In this document: positions 1 through 8,494 of the stretch, piece by piece
How the letters are laid out: each line of letters starts with the position of its first letter
How positions within the stretch are numbered: the first letter of the stretch is position 1
Virus record (IMG/VR): IMGVR_UViG_3300008017_000012
Source of the DNA: a virus
Reading direction: 5' to 3' (one strand)
Length of the DNA stretch: 64,000 nucleotides
Notes under the pieces: generated by a model
Told to the model about the DNA's origin: nothing
What the model saw: the letters and a program-made list of their open reading frames with translations, nothing else
Databases searched by the model: none
Made by a program: the position numbers and the translations under genes

Positions 1-13
1 TAATACTGAAACA

Positions 14-1441
14 ATGGAAAGTCATGTTCTAGGTGTTGCAACTCAAGATATTCTTAATAATGATCATGGCTATGTAACAGCTTATGGATTTGTACATGAT
101 ATAGATACTTCTTCTTGTACAGAAGGACAAATGGCATATTCTGATGAAAATGGAAATTTAATAACCACAAGACCTGTACCACCTGATTACCCTGTTTGTG
201 TTGGTAAAATAATCATTTCTCATGCTGTTTCAGGAAGTATTTTTGTTGATCCAGGTGATGCAGCTTCTATAACTTCATTAACAGATATGTTTGCTTCATC
301 AAAAGATCCTACTGGTTGGGTAGATCCAAATAATTTAATTATTAACTATTCTGCTTCTGGTAGAACTATTTCTTTAACTCATTCTATTCCAGGCAAAAAT
401 ATTGAATATATGTGGCAGGGTTTAAAGAAAAATATTGGAACTTCTTGGGTTTCTCCTCAACATCCAGCTACTTTAGATAAACAATATTTTTTATTTTCTT
501 CTGATGGTGTTACTTTTAATTGGTCAGAAATGTCTTGGGCATTTAGTGATATTATGGTTGCTTTTGTTAATTATGGAACAATTGATAAATATTGTATTCG
601 GGAGACTCATGGTTTGATGCCTTGGCAAGTACATGAAGAGTTTCATCAAATACATGGCACATATAGAATATCAGGCGGTACTTTATCTAATTATGTTTTA
701 TCATCAACAACAGCAGCTAATAGAAGACCTTTTGTCACTGAAACACTTATTAAAGACGAAGATTTAAAAACATATAATCCATTACTTAATACTGCTTTAT
801 ATACAAGAATGCATTTAGAATCAACAGGTTTAAATATATTTTCAAAATCAAATAGTGATATTATTGCGTTATCTGGTAATCAACCATATTATAATCAATT
901 TACTGGTGGAACATGGGTACAAACATTAGTTGCAAATAATGAATATACTACAGTTTGGTTAATTTCTGCACCAATGGCAGCAGATAGTAATTCACAAGCA
1001 TATAGATATATATGGTTACAAGGACAATCATCAGGTAGTTTAACTTCGCAAGAAGCTTTATTTCCAAGTGATTTAAATTTAGGATTTTTAGGAGAGTTAA
1101 CAACAGAGTTTATTTTTATAACAAAACTAATTATTAGATATACTTCTAGTAATTGGTTTATAGTATCAGTAAGTGATTTAACAGGCACAAGACAATCAAC
1201 CACAGGTGTTGGTACATCAGGAGTTTATTTATCAGCTGTTACAACAGATCTTTCACTTAATGGATTAGGAACATCTGTATCACCTTTATCATTATTAAAT
1301 TCAGAAGGTGTTGGATTCATACCTAATTCAACTGTAATACCAGTTGCTGACCCTGTTGGTGGTGGTTATTTTTATGTTGAAGCTGGAGCTTTAAAATATA
1401 GAGGTTCTTCAGGTACAATTACTACTATAGCGAATGCATAA
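14..1441 (+). CDS. Virion fibre/structural protein, probably 5'-truncated by the window edge
   Basis: Frame is open back to the window start. Thr/Ser/Gly-rich, with a GVATQDILNNDHGYVTAYG segment typical of phage fibre or decoration proteins. Lies upstream of other fibre genes. Confidence 0.55.
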   Translation: MESHVLGVATQDILNNDHGYVTAYGFVHDIDTSSCTEGQMAYSDENGNLITTRPVPPDYPVCVGKIIISHAVSGSIFVDPGDAASITSLTDMFASSKDPTGWVDPNNLIINYSASGRTISLTHSIPGKNIEYMWQGLKKNIGTSWVSPQHPATLDKQYFLFSSDGVTFNWSEMSWAFSDIMVAFVNYGTIDKYCIRETHGLMPWQVHEEFHQIHGTYRISGGTLSNYVLSSTTAANRRPFVTETLIKDEDLKTYNPLLNTALYTRMHLESTGLNIFSKSNSDIIALSGNQPYYNQFTGGTWVQTLVANNEYTTVWLISAPMAADSNSQAYRYIWLQGQSSGSLTSQEALFPSDLNLGFLGELTTEFIFITKLIIRYTSSNWFIVSVSDLTGTRQSTTGVGTSGVYLSAVTTDLSLNGLGTSVSPLSLLNSEGVGFIPNSTVIPVADPVGGGYFYVEAGALKYRGSSGTITTIANA

Positions 1442-1445
1442 TTTT

Positions 1446-1453
1446 TATAAATA
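1446..1453 (+). promoter_or_regulatory. T4-type late promoter TATAAATA
   Basis: Exact TATAAATA upstream of ORF 1487 and its GAGGAG SD; gp55 is encoded in this window. Confidence 0.6.
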
Positions 1454-1486
1454 ACATAAACTATATATATTAAGAGGAGTTTACTT

Positions 1487-1747
1487 ATGGATTTTAATCA
1501 AGTTTTAAAAAAATTAGAAGAGCAAGAAATTGAAGTTGAATATAATATTCCTTCAGGTAAAGAATCTATTGCTGATAGAGTGTTTTCACCTTTATTGAAA
1601 CAACAATCTCAAAAAAATAAAAATAAAATTTCTGCTTCACCTGCATTACAAAAAACTGGGCCTAATAAAGGTAAAAAAATTAAAGTTCGGTATAGAAATG
1701 CGCAAGAAAAAGAAGCTTATGAACGTAAATTAGGAATTGGAGAATAA
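1487..1747 (+). CDS. Hypothetical protein, 86 aa
   Basis: ORF with SD AAGAGGAG downstream of a late promoter. Confidence 0.6.
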   Translation: MDFNQVLKKLEEQEIEVEYNIPSGKESIADRVFSPLLKQQSQKNKNKISASPALQKTGPNKGKKIKVRYRNAQEKEAYERKLGIGE

Positions 1748-1749
1748 CT

Positions 1750-2232
1750 ATGTTATCTCAAGAAATATTAGAAGCTCTTAATGATCAAGCACAACATGAA
1801 AAAACAAATTCTTATATATATAGGAATTTTGCAGGTATTGCTGATTATCAATCACTATTAGGAACAACAAAATGGTTTATGAAACAAAGTAAAGAAGAAG
1901 CAAGCCATTTTGACCTTGTTGTTAATTATATTCAAAACCAAGGTCATATACCAAAATTATTATCTATCCCTGAACAAGATAATACAAATATTACTCTTTA
2001 TGATATGTTTGTTAGAAGTTTAGCAACTGAAATAGAAACTCTTGAAAAACTCAAAAAAATATGTTCACTTTGTAAATTAGAAAATGATGATCAAACTTAT
2101 AAATTAATACTTGATATGGTATATGAACAAATTGAAGAAGTGAAAACAGTTAGTGATATTTTAAATAGAATTAAACAAGCAGGTACTGGTTTAGGATTTA
2201 TTATTATTGATCAAGAATTGGCTAATAGATAA
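1750..2232 (+). CDS. ftnA: Non-heme ferritin (FtnA-like)
   Basis: Ferroxidase ligands align with E. coli FtnA: QAQHE (E17), Y24, KEEASH (E49/E50/H53), TEIE (E94), EQIEE (Q127/E130), and a C-terminal G..IDQEL. Confidence 0.9.
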   Translation: MLSQEILEALNDQAQHEKTNSYIYRNFAGIADYQSLLGTTKWFMKQSKEEASHFDLVVNYIQNQGHIPKLLSIPEQDNTNITLYDMFVRSLATEIETLEKLKKICSLCKLENDDQTYKLILDMVYEQIEEVKTVSDILNRIKQAGTGLGFIIIDQELANR

Positions 2233-2293
2233 TAGATATTTAAAGGGGGTACCGGACAAGCCTCATTATATCATCTAGTACCGTATCTGTCAA
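2232..2293 (-). repeat. Dispersed conserved promoter element, copy 1 (inverted relative to copies 2 and 3)
   Basis: Reverse strand reads TTGACA(2293-2288)-N17-TATAAT(2270-2265)-GAGGCTTGTCCGGTACCCCCTTTAAATATCTAT, near-identical to 36614-36683 and 38196-38265. Confidence 0.9.
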
Positions 2294-2317
2294 CCTCTTT
2301 CTAAGAAAGAAAAATGA

Positions 2318-2488
2318 ATGAATATTAAAAAAATATGTATTAAAATCTTATTAACACTACCTGCAATTGGTTTAGGAATTTTAGCTTTACTTATTCAATT
2401 ATTTTTTTCTATAACTGAATGGCTAAGAACATTTGTTTTATTTCAACCAATTATAGATTTGTGGTTTCCAAATAATTTAAAGGAATAG
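2318..2488 (+). CDS. Small membrane protein, 56 aa (not in the ORF track)
   Basis: Manual translation MNIKKICIKILLTLPAIGLGILALLIQLFFSITEWLR...; hydrophobic, stops 2 nt before the holin-like gene. Confidence 0.45.
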   Translation: MNIKKICIKILLTLPAIGLGILALLIQLFFSITEWLRTFVLFQPIIDLWFPNNLKE

Positions 2489-2490
2489 AT

Positions 2491-3066
2491 ATGAAGTGGT
2501 CAGATGTAGGTGATTGGGTAAAAGAAAATGCTGGGGCTGGCGTTGGATTAGTTGGCTCTCTTTTAACTGGTAATATTCCTGGTGCTATTGCAGCAGGGGT
2601 TTCAATGGTGTCTAGTGCTACTGGTAGTGATGATCCTGATAAAGCTTTATCTATTTTACAATCTAACCCTGAAGCTACTTTGAAACTTAAAGAATTATAT
2701 TTCAAAAATGAAGATTCCATTAGAAGTCATTTAGAACAAATGACTAAACTTGATCTTGAAGATAAACAAAAAGAACATGAACAAACTCAATTGACTATTC
2801 GTAATGCCGATAATGCTACTGATGAATATGTCAGAAGAACTAGACCTAAAATGGCTAAACAAAGTTTTTGGCTTGGCTCTCTTTATTGCTGTATTATGGA
2901 ATTAGGAAATTCAATTTCTTTCTTTGATTCTAATAATATTGAACACCAATTATTATCAAGTGGCGCTAATTGGGAAATTGCTACTCTTTTATTTTCAGGT
3001 GCTTTTGCTTATATGGGGTTACGTACTATGGATAAAATTAAAGGCAAAAATTCTATAATTAAATAA
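2491..3066 (+). CDS. Holin-like protein (3TM, GTA-holin type)
   Basis: Gly/Ala-rich N-terminal helix GAGVGLVGSLLTGNIPGAIAAGV, a coiled middle, RRTRP followed by hydrophobic segments, and a GAFAYMGLRTMDK end typical of this family. Confidence 0.65.
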   Translation: MKWSDVGDWVKENAGAGVGLVGSLLTGNIPGAIAAGVSMVSSATGSDDPDKALSILQSNPEATLKLKELYFKNEDSIRSHLEQMTKLDLEDKQKEHEQTQLTIRNADNATDEYVRRTRPKMAKQSFWLGSLYCCIMELGNSISFFDSNNIEHQLLSSGANWEIATLLFSGAFAYMGLRTMDKIKGKNSIIK

Positions 3067-3067
3067 C

Positions 3068-3075
3068 TATAAATA
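3068..3075 (+). promoter_or_regulatory. T4-type late promoter TATAAATA
   Basis: Exact motif upstream of the AAGGAG SD of the fibre gene at 3106. Confidence 0.65.
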
Positions 3076-3105
3076 AATATAAACTACTTAAGGAGACTAT
3101 TTACT

Positions 3106-5055
3106 ATGGCAATTGGCGATTTAACAGTTGTTGGATCTAATCTAACAGGGATTTCATGTTCAGGAAATTATCATGGTGAATTTACTGGGGATCTTGTAAA
3201 ACCAGTAAAAAATGAGCAAGTTCTTCTTGCTGATCTTAAAAATATTATAGGTAATCCAGGTGATACTGTATATATGACAGGAAGAACCTCACCAGGTGAT
3301 GGAGATGATGGTACTTTCTACTGGGATTCTAGTGACTTATCAGCTAAAGTAGCAACTGATACTCTTAGTGATATATATGTTGCTCCGAATATAGATTTGA
3401 CCGGGGCAAGCGGAGGGTGGGTGCGGCAGCTCATTAGTGCCACTCAAGCCGAAATGGAAGCAGGCACCGAAACCGCGCTTCGTTCTATGTCGCCACTACT
3501 GGTTCGGCAGGCAATAGATGCTCAGATGCCAAACAATATTATTGGTGCACCTGGGGAAGCAGGTTTTGGTGTTGGCATTGCCCCTGCCTCAGCTGTCCCA
3601 GAAGGAATGACGTATCTTGGGACGTCATTCCTTCTGGGAGATAATTACGGCAATTACCAGTTTTCTGATGGTTCCATCATGTGCTACGTACCGAAGTTTT
3701 ACTACCGCATAGCTCATGTCAGTAATCCAACCTATGCAACCTACGGGGTTAACTCGTGTGATGTTAAAGGGGTCAACACCTTTGCAACTACCGCAGATGC
3801 CAACGCCGCAGGCTATGCGCTGCATCGTGCTTTTATTGACGGCGGTACCGAAAAAGATGGATTTTTTGTTGATAAATATATGTGTAGTAAAAACGCCCTT
3901 GGCAGTGGTTTTGTTGCCAGTTCCCTTCAAAACGGTCTGCCAATTTCAACCAACAATACCCATAACCCAATTGCCGCCCTGACCGCCTGCGCGGACAACT
4001 ATAATTACGAAGCGATTAATGCTGCTCATGCCCGTGACGGTATAGATGGGGCAATTAATCCTGATTCGATTTTTTTCTGCAACTCTCGTCAAATTCATGG
4101 AGCACTGGCGCTGCTCTCCCTCGCTCACGGCCAAAAATCCTTAAATACCACAAACTGCGCCTGGTATGATGCTACCTACAATTTCCCCAAAGGTTGTAAC
4201 AATAACGCCCTGGGGGATGCAAACGATGCCACTATCGCTTACACCAGTGATGGTTTTGACAACTGCGGGAAGACCGGCAGTGGTACCCCGTTTGCAAAAA
4301 CCACACACAATGGCCAAGCGTGCGGCGTAGCTGATTTGAACGGTTTGATGTACGAGGTCAATATTGGTCTAACCTGTATCGCCACTACCAAAACAATAAC
4401 CGCAATAACGCAAGCCAACCCCTGTCAGGTTACTGTTGTCGGTCACGGACTGACAACAGGAGACTACGTACTAATTGGTAGCCTTGCTGGCATGACGGAA
4501 CTTAGAAATAAAATCTATAAGGTCACGGTTGTTGATGCGAATAACTTTACCTTGTATGGTGTTAACTCAACGGCCTTTTCTGCCTATATCGGCGGGGGTA
4601 CTGCCATTATAGGTACATTTTATCGGGCAGCTGATAGTACAGAGATGCGCAATTTTACCGCAGGCAACACACTGGCAACAGATCATTGGGGGGTCACAGG
4701 AGTCACCGCAATGATGACGCCGTTTGTTCCTGCGTTTGCGGCAACCTACCCTAGCAACAATTCTACTCAGCGTTTTGGTTCATCGGCGGAGCAGGTTATT
4801 GCCAGTAATGTTAGCGGAGACGCCTGGGAAATGGCGGGGCTGGGATTTCCGCGGCAGACGGCAATCTCCCAAGTAGGCACAAATTTGTTTGGTGTAGATT
4901 ATTACTATCAATATGTGCGTCATGATCTGTGCCCGGCTTCGTCCCACTTTTGGCAAAATTTGACGCTGGCCGGGATCTGGTCGTTCGACTTTACCTCTTA
5001 CCGGACGACTTCGAGCAACATTTTCGGGTTCCGTACCGCCTGTTACCCTGCTTAA
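3106..5055 (+). CDS. Chimeric tail fibre / receptor-binding protein with FCCH-like domain and Mtd-like C-type lectin tip
   Basis: Tailspike-type N-terminus (TGRTSPGDGDDGTFYWD...GGWVR), ATQAEMEAGT linker, E1-FCCH-like ITAITQANPCQVT...HGLTTGD, and FGE/CLec hallmarks ADLNGLMYE and AGIW...GFRTACYP. Confidence 0.8.
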   Translation: MAIGDLTVVGSNLTGISCSGNYHGEFTGDLVKPVKNEQVLLADLKNIIGNPGDTVYMTGRTSPGDGDDGTFYWDSSDLSAKVATDTLSDIYVAPNIDLTGASGGWVRQLISATQAEMEAGTETALRSMSPLLVRQAIDAQMPNNIIGAPGEAGFGVGIAPASAVPEGMTYLGTSFLLGDNYGNYQFSDGSIMCYVPKFYYRIAHVSNPTYATYGVNSCDVKGVNTFATTADANAAGYALHRAFIDGGTEKDGFFVDKYMCSKNALGSGFVASSLQNGLPISTNNTHNPIAALTACADNYNYEAINAAHARDGIDGAINPDSIFFCNSRQIHGALALLSLAHGQKSLNTTNCAWYDATYNFPKGCNNNALGDANDATIAYTSDGFDNCGKTGSGTPFAKTTHNGQACGVADLNGLMYEVNIGLTCIATTKTITAITQANPCQVTVVGHGLTTGDYVLIGSLAGMTELRNKIYKVTVVDANNFTLYGVNSTAFSAYIGGGTAIIGTFYRAADSTEMRNFTAGNTLATDHWGVTGVTAMMTPFVPAFAATYPSNNSTQRFGSSAEQVIASNVSGDAWEMAGLGFPRQTAISQVGTNLFGVDYYYQYVRHDLCPASSHFWQNLTLAGIWSFDFTSYRTTSSNIFGFRTACYPA

Positions 5056-5076
5056 GCAACAATAAGGAGTTTCACT

Positions 5077-5502
5077 ATGCAAATCTACAGCTATCAAAAA
5101 ATATCCGATGATTACACCACCTACACCGCACAAGGCAGTGAAGAAAGTCCGGTGCAAGAGTTGTGTACAATTGACGGGACAACCTATTTTTACGGCCCAG
5201 ACGAGCTGCCTCCGCAGCCTGAGAAGATTACAGTTGTGCCGGTAGTATTGACCGAGGAGTTACGTACTGCGATTAAAGCCGCTAGCCCAATGTGTCAATT
5301 GTCGTATCGCCGTACAAAAGCCCGCATCCGCGAGCGATACAGCCAAGAAGATGAAACATTTCTCGCCCGTATCGGCGTCGGCCAAGCTCTTGGGGTCTAT
5401 CAAATGTCACCAGGAGAAATGCAAGAGCTGGCGGATTACCAAGCGTTTGTTGAAGAACAACGTGCCTGGGGTCGGGAACAACGGGAGCTGATAGGATTAT
5501 GA
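5077..5502 (+). CDS. Putative tail-fibre chaperone/accessory protein
   Basis: Directly follows the fibre gene with SD TAAGGAG; 141 aa; inside the GC-rich cassette. Confidence 0.5.
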   Translation: MQIYSYQKISDDYTTYTAQGSEESPVQELCTIDGTTYFYGPDELPPQPEKITVVPVVLTEELRTAIKAASPMCQLSYRRTKARIRERYSQEDETFLARIGVGQALGVYQMSPGEMQELADYQAFVEEQRAWGREQRELIGL

Positions 5503-5519
5503 GCGACAAGTATAATCTG

Positions 5520-5618
5520 ATGAGATACTTAATAATAGCATTGATATTATTGTTGCCCTGTTCGGTCTCCGCCGACAATTACTATTATCTCTTTGGTGTA
5601 AAAGTCACGCTTTGGTAA
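5520..5618 (+). pseudogene. Internally deleted remnant of a secreted beta-barrel-type gene (signal peptide fused to C-terminal strand)
   Basis: Translates MRYLIIALILLLPCSVSADNYYYLFGVKVTLW; the last 13 aa resemble the C-terminus of ORF 62069-62545 (NYYLIGVKIQAW). An in-frame ATG also occurs at 5499. Confidence 0.5.
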
Positions 5619-5630
5619 AGGAGCCACACA

Positions 5631-6053
5631 ATGATCTTATATATTAGATTGGCCGGTATCACCCCGGAAACTTACACCGATGAATTAGCACGTACCGCCT
5701 TGCACAGTGCCGCGCTGGAGATTCAAGGGCTGAATGCCGCAGTGCCGGGCCTTGCGTTTGACCCAATTAAATCAACCCCAGCGACATGGGATGAGGATGG
5801 TAACACAGACCTGCTCACCAGGCCGATTGAGACCTTTTTAGGCAACTGCAACACGCCGCCGAACGCATGGGGAGATGTAGGCGTACAGATTGACAATTAC
5901 AACTGGCTGGAACTACCGCCGGGAATCGCGCCCAAAACGTTTTCTATTACCCTTGGTCGACCGATCCGTCAAACCGTTGACGCTGAGGGCAACCCGGTAA
6001 CGGTGGAGGTTGGCATGATAGCCGGGGCGACGATTGAGCCGGAGACGTTATGA
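5631..6053 (+). CDS. Hypothetical protein, 140 aa
   Basis: SD AAGGAG, GC-rich cassette, ATGA overlap with the next gene. Confidence 0.6.
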   Translation: MILYIRLAGITPETYTDELARTALHSAALEIQGLNAAVPGLAFDPIKSTPATWDEDGNTDLLTRPIETFLGNCNTPPNAWGDVGVQIDNYNWLELPPGIAPKTFSITLGRPIRQTVDAEGNPVTVEVGMIAGATIEPETL

Positions 6054-6265
6054 GTGACAAGTACAGCCAAAAATGGGTAACGCTCTTTTCCAAAGCGGAT
6101 AAGTGGGCCATTACCTTAGGGCAGACAACCTATTACAGCTGCAACGAATTTGCAATCACACCAAGCTGGAGACGGCACGAAGAGGAGCATAAACGCCAGT
6201 GGCGTGAGCACGGTTGGCTCTTTGCGTTGAAATACTTGTGGGAGTTGCGCAAGGGGTTGAAGTAG
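6050..6265 (+). CDS. Small protein with HExxH-like motif
   Basis: RRHEEEHKRQW motif; translationally coupled to the upstream ORF. Confidence 0.5.
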   Translation: MSDKYSQKWVTLFSKADKWAITLGQTTYYSCNEFAITPSWRRHEEEHKRQWREHGWLFALKYLWELRKGLK

Positions 6266-6350
6266 TTAAAAATATTTTTATAAATAAATATAAATAAGTA
6301 TGAAAAGCTATGAAATAAATTTTTATAAATACTATTAGGAGAAACAAAAA

Positions 6351-6509
6351 ATGAAAGTAGTTAGAGTGACAAATGAAGAGTTTGAATTAGAAGATGGGTC
6401 TATTCATCCTATCTTGTTTGAACTTGATTATACTCCTACCGTAGAAGAATTTCAACTTATATACGATGAATCAGTAAAACAACTGGAATCTATACTACAT
6501 GACAAATGA
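6351..6509 (+). CDS. Small acidic ORF, 52 aa, overlapping the tnpA start (not in the track)
   Basis: MKVVRVTNEEFELEDGSIHPILFELDYTPTVEEFQLIYDESVKQLESILHDK; SD AGGAGA; 11-nt overlap with tnpA. Confidence 0.6.
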   Translation: MKVVRVTNEEFELEDGSIHPILFELDYTPTVEEFQLIYDESVKQLESILHDK

Positions 6510-7122
6510 AAAATTATATACATTATCTGATGTAGCCAAATTATTAAATGTTCATCAAGACACTTTAAGACTATGGGATAAATCTGGTAAATTGGTTTCT
6601 ATAAGAACTAAAGGTGGGCACAGACGATATAAAGAATCTGTTGTTCATGAAATGATGAATATTATCAAAGAGCCAGAAGTTATATCCAATGTAATTTGTA
6701 TTTACTGTAGAGTATCATCAAATGAACAGAAAACCAAAGGTGATTTAGAAAGACAGAAGCAACGTCTATATGAATACTGTATACAAAAGAAATACATAGT
6801 TGAATACATTTTTGAAGAAGTTGGTAGTGGGTTGAATGATAAAAGACCTAAACTACTCAAGATGATGGATTTAGCTAAAGAAAGAAAACTAACTAAAATA
6901 GTTATAGAGCATAAAGATAGATTGATTAGATTTAATAAAAATATACTAATCAAGTATTTTGAAAGTCATGGTGTTACCGTAGAATGGAGTCAAGAAACAT
7001 TAGAACTGTCATACCAAAATGAACTAGTAGAAGATATGCTTTCACTTATAGCCTCATTCAGTTCTAAACTTTATGGTAAACGTAGTGCTGAAAATAGAAA
7101 AATTAAAAAAAGAGAACTCTGA
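6499..7122 (+). CDS. tnpA: IS607 transposase (MerR HTH + serine recombinase)
   Basis: LSDVAKLLNVHQDTLRLWD...GGHRRY HTH; catalytic IYCRVSS; EVGSGLNDKRPKL; EHKDRLIRF; ELVEDMLSLIASFSSKLYGKRS. Confidence 0.95.
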   Translation: MTNEKLYTLSDVAKLLNVHQDTLRLWDKSGKLVSIRTKGGHRRYKESVVHEMMNIIKEPEVISNVICIYCRVSSNEQKTKGDLERQKQRLYEYCIQKKYIVEYIFEEVGSGLNDKRPKLLKMMDLAKERKLTKIVIEHKDRLIRFNKNILIKYFESHGVTVEWSQETLELSYQNELVEDMLSLIASFSSKLYGKRSAENRKIKKREL

Positions 7123-7283
7123 TGAATAAAAATACTCCACTAATAACACCGACTTTTAAAAAGAGTTATCCTATAATAGATATAGAACCTAAAATTATGA
7201 CAGATTGGGAATTTACTATTCGTAAGCTAAAACTATTAACATTGTGTTGTAGAGGTGAAGATGGATGGTGTAGATTAAAATGA
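7122..7283 (+). CDS. Small ORF, 53 aa, between tnpA and tnpB (not in the track)
   Basis: MNKNTPLITPTFKKSYPIIDIEPKIMTDWEFTIRKLKLLTLCCRGEDGWCRLK; TGATG overlap with tnpA and ATGA overlap with tnpB. Confidence 0.5.
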   Translation: MNKNTPLITPTFKKSYPIIDIEPKIMTDWEFTIRKLKLLTLCCRGEDGWCRLK

Positions 7284-8494
7284 TTAGAACAACAGAACAT
7301 TCATTAAAATATATTACTGACTACAAGAAACAAAAACTTGATATTTTGTTTGATGAATATCAACGTGTAGTCAACCAATATATTAATGTGTTCTGGAATC
7401 AAACATCATGGAAATCTAAAGCAACAGCAGATGAATATAAATTAGTAGATTCTTGGCTTATGGGTAAAGTGATGAAGTGTGCTTATGCTCAAGCTATACA
7501 AATGATTCGTTCAACCAAAGATAAACAAAAGAAATTAGTTTACAAACAATACAAAAGAGTTTATAGTAAAGCTAAACGTAAGAATAAAAATTGGGATATA
7601 GTAAATCAAACCTTTACGGTTTGGAGCAAAGATAAAACTTTCAGAGATAGAACTAAAATTCCTTTCTTCTCTGGAGATTCTATAGAACTCAATTCTGACT
7701 TATGTAAGATATATCAAGATGTCTCTATATCTCATTTTGATATGGTTGTTAGATTGGGTTCGATATGGGGAAATAGGCTTTCATTAGAGTTACCAATAAG
7801 AAAGCACAAACATTTCAATCAACTGTTTGCATCTGGTTTTGGTGTAAAAACGTCTTTGAGATTGAGTAGAAAGAACAACAAATATAGCATCAATCTCTAT
7901 ATGTCAAAAGACTTTGAACAAGTAAAAGATGAAGGGAATATTATAGGGATTGACGTTGGCATTAAAAAACTTATGTCGGTTAGTGATGGTACTTTTATTG
8001 GAACTGATATAGAATCAATTATTAGAAAGTATAAAAGAAGAAAGCAAAATAGCAAAAACAGTAAGAAAACATTAAAGCAAATAAAAGACTATATCGGGCA
8101 TTCTGTTAATCAACTCAACTTTACTGATACACAATGTATTGTTATGGAAGAGTTAAAGCCAAGTAATATGTTAGTCAAAGGTAAATCTAGTAAAGAGTTT
8201 AGAAAAATATTAAGTAAATGGAATCAAAACTTGTTAGTGGAAAGAATACAAAATAAATGTGAGCTTAACCGTGTTGAGCTTCAGTTTGTTTTACCACATC
8301 ATACAAGTCAGCAGTGTTCTCAATGTGGAGAAATCCATAAAGAGTCAAGAAAAGGCGAACTATATCAATGTGTTGGTTGTGGTTATACGATAGATGCAGA
8401 CTACAATGCTTCATTGAATATAGTTAATAAATTCTTGAATAAGGAATTTACCGTTCCTTCTAATACAAAAACTACCATTCCTAGATTTTCATAG
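7280..8494 (+). CDS. tnpB: TnpB RNA-guided endonuclease (IS607 type)
   Basis: RuvC-I GIDVGI, RuvC-II MEEL, Zn finger CSQCG...CVGCG, RuvC-III DADYNASLNI; all catalytic acids present. Confidence 0.93.
   Translation: MIRTTEHSLKYITDYKKQKLDILFDEYQRVVNQYINVFWNQTSWKSKATADEYKLVDSWLMGKVMKCAYAQAIQMIRSTKDKQKKLVYKQYKRVYSKAKRKNKNWDIVNQTFTVWSKDKTFRDRTKIPFFSGDSIELNSDLCKIYQDVSISHFDMVVRLGSIWGNRLSLELPIRKHKHFNQLFASGFGVKTSLRLSRKNNKYSINLYMSKDFEQVKDEGNIIGIDVGIKKLMSVSDGTFIGTDIESIIRKYKRRKQNSKNSKKTLKQIKDYIGHSVNQLNFTDTQCIVMEELKPSNMLVKGKSSKEFRKILSKWNQNLLVERIQNKCELNRVELQFVLPHHTSQQCSQCGEIHKESRKGELYQCVGCGYTIDADYNASLNIVNKFLNKEFTVPSNTKTTIPRFS

Larger units (their letters stand above)
3400..6265. other. GC-rich, horizontally acquired fibre cassette
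   Basis: Abrupt compositional shift, judged by eye, inside the fibre gene near 3400 and back to AT-rich after 6265. Confidence 0.8.

Noticed and set aside
3106-6265. Complete DGR (RT, Avd, TR) in the window
   Set aside because: No reverse-transcriptase motif, no second copy of the VR-like sequence and no clear downstream IMH hairpin were found by eye.
7280-8494. TnpB as a Cas12f CRISPR effector
   Set aside because: No CRISPR array or cas genes nearby; it is linked to an IS607 serine recombinase.
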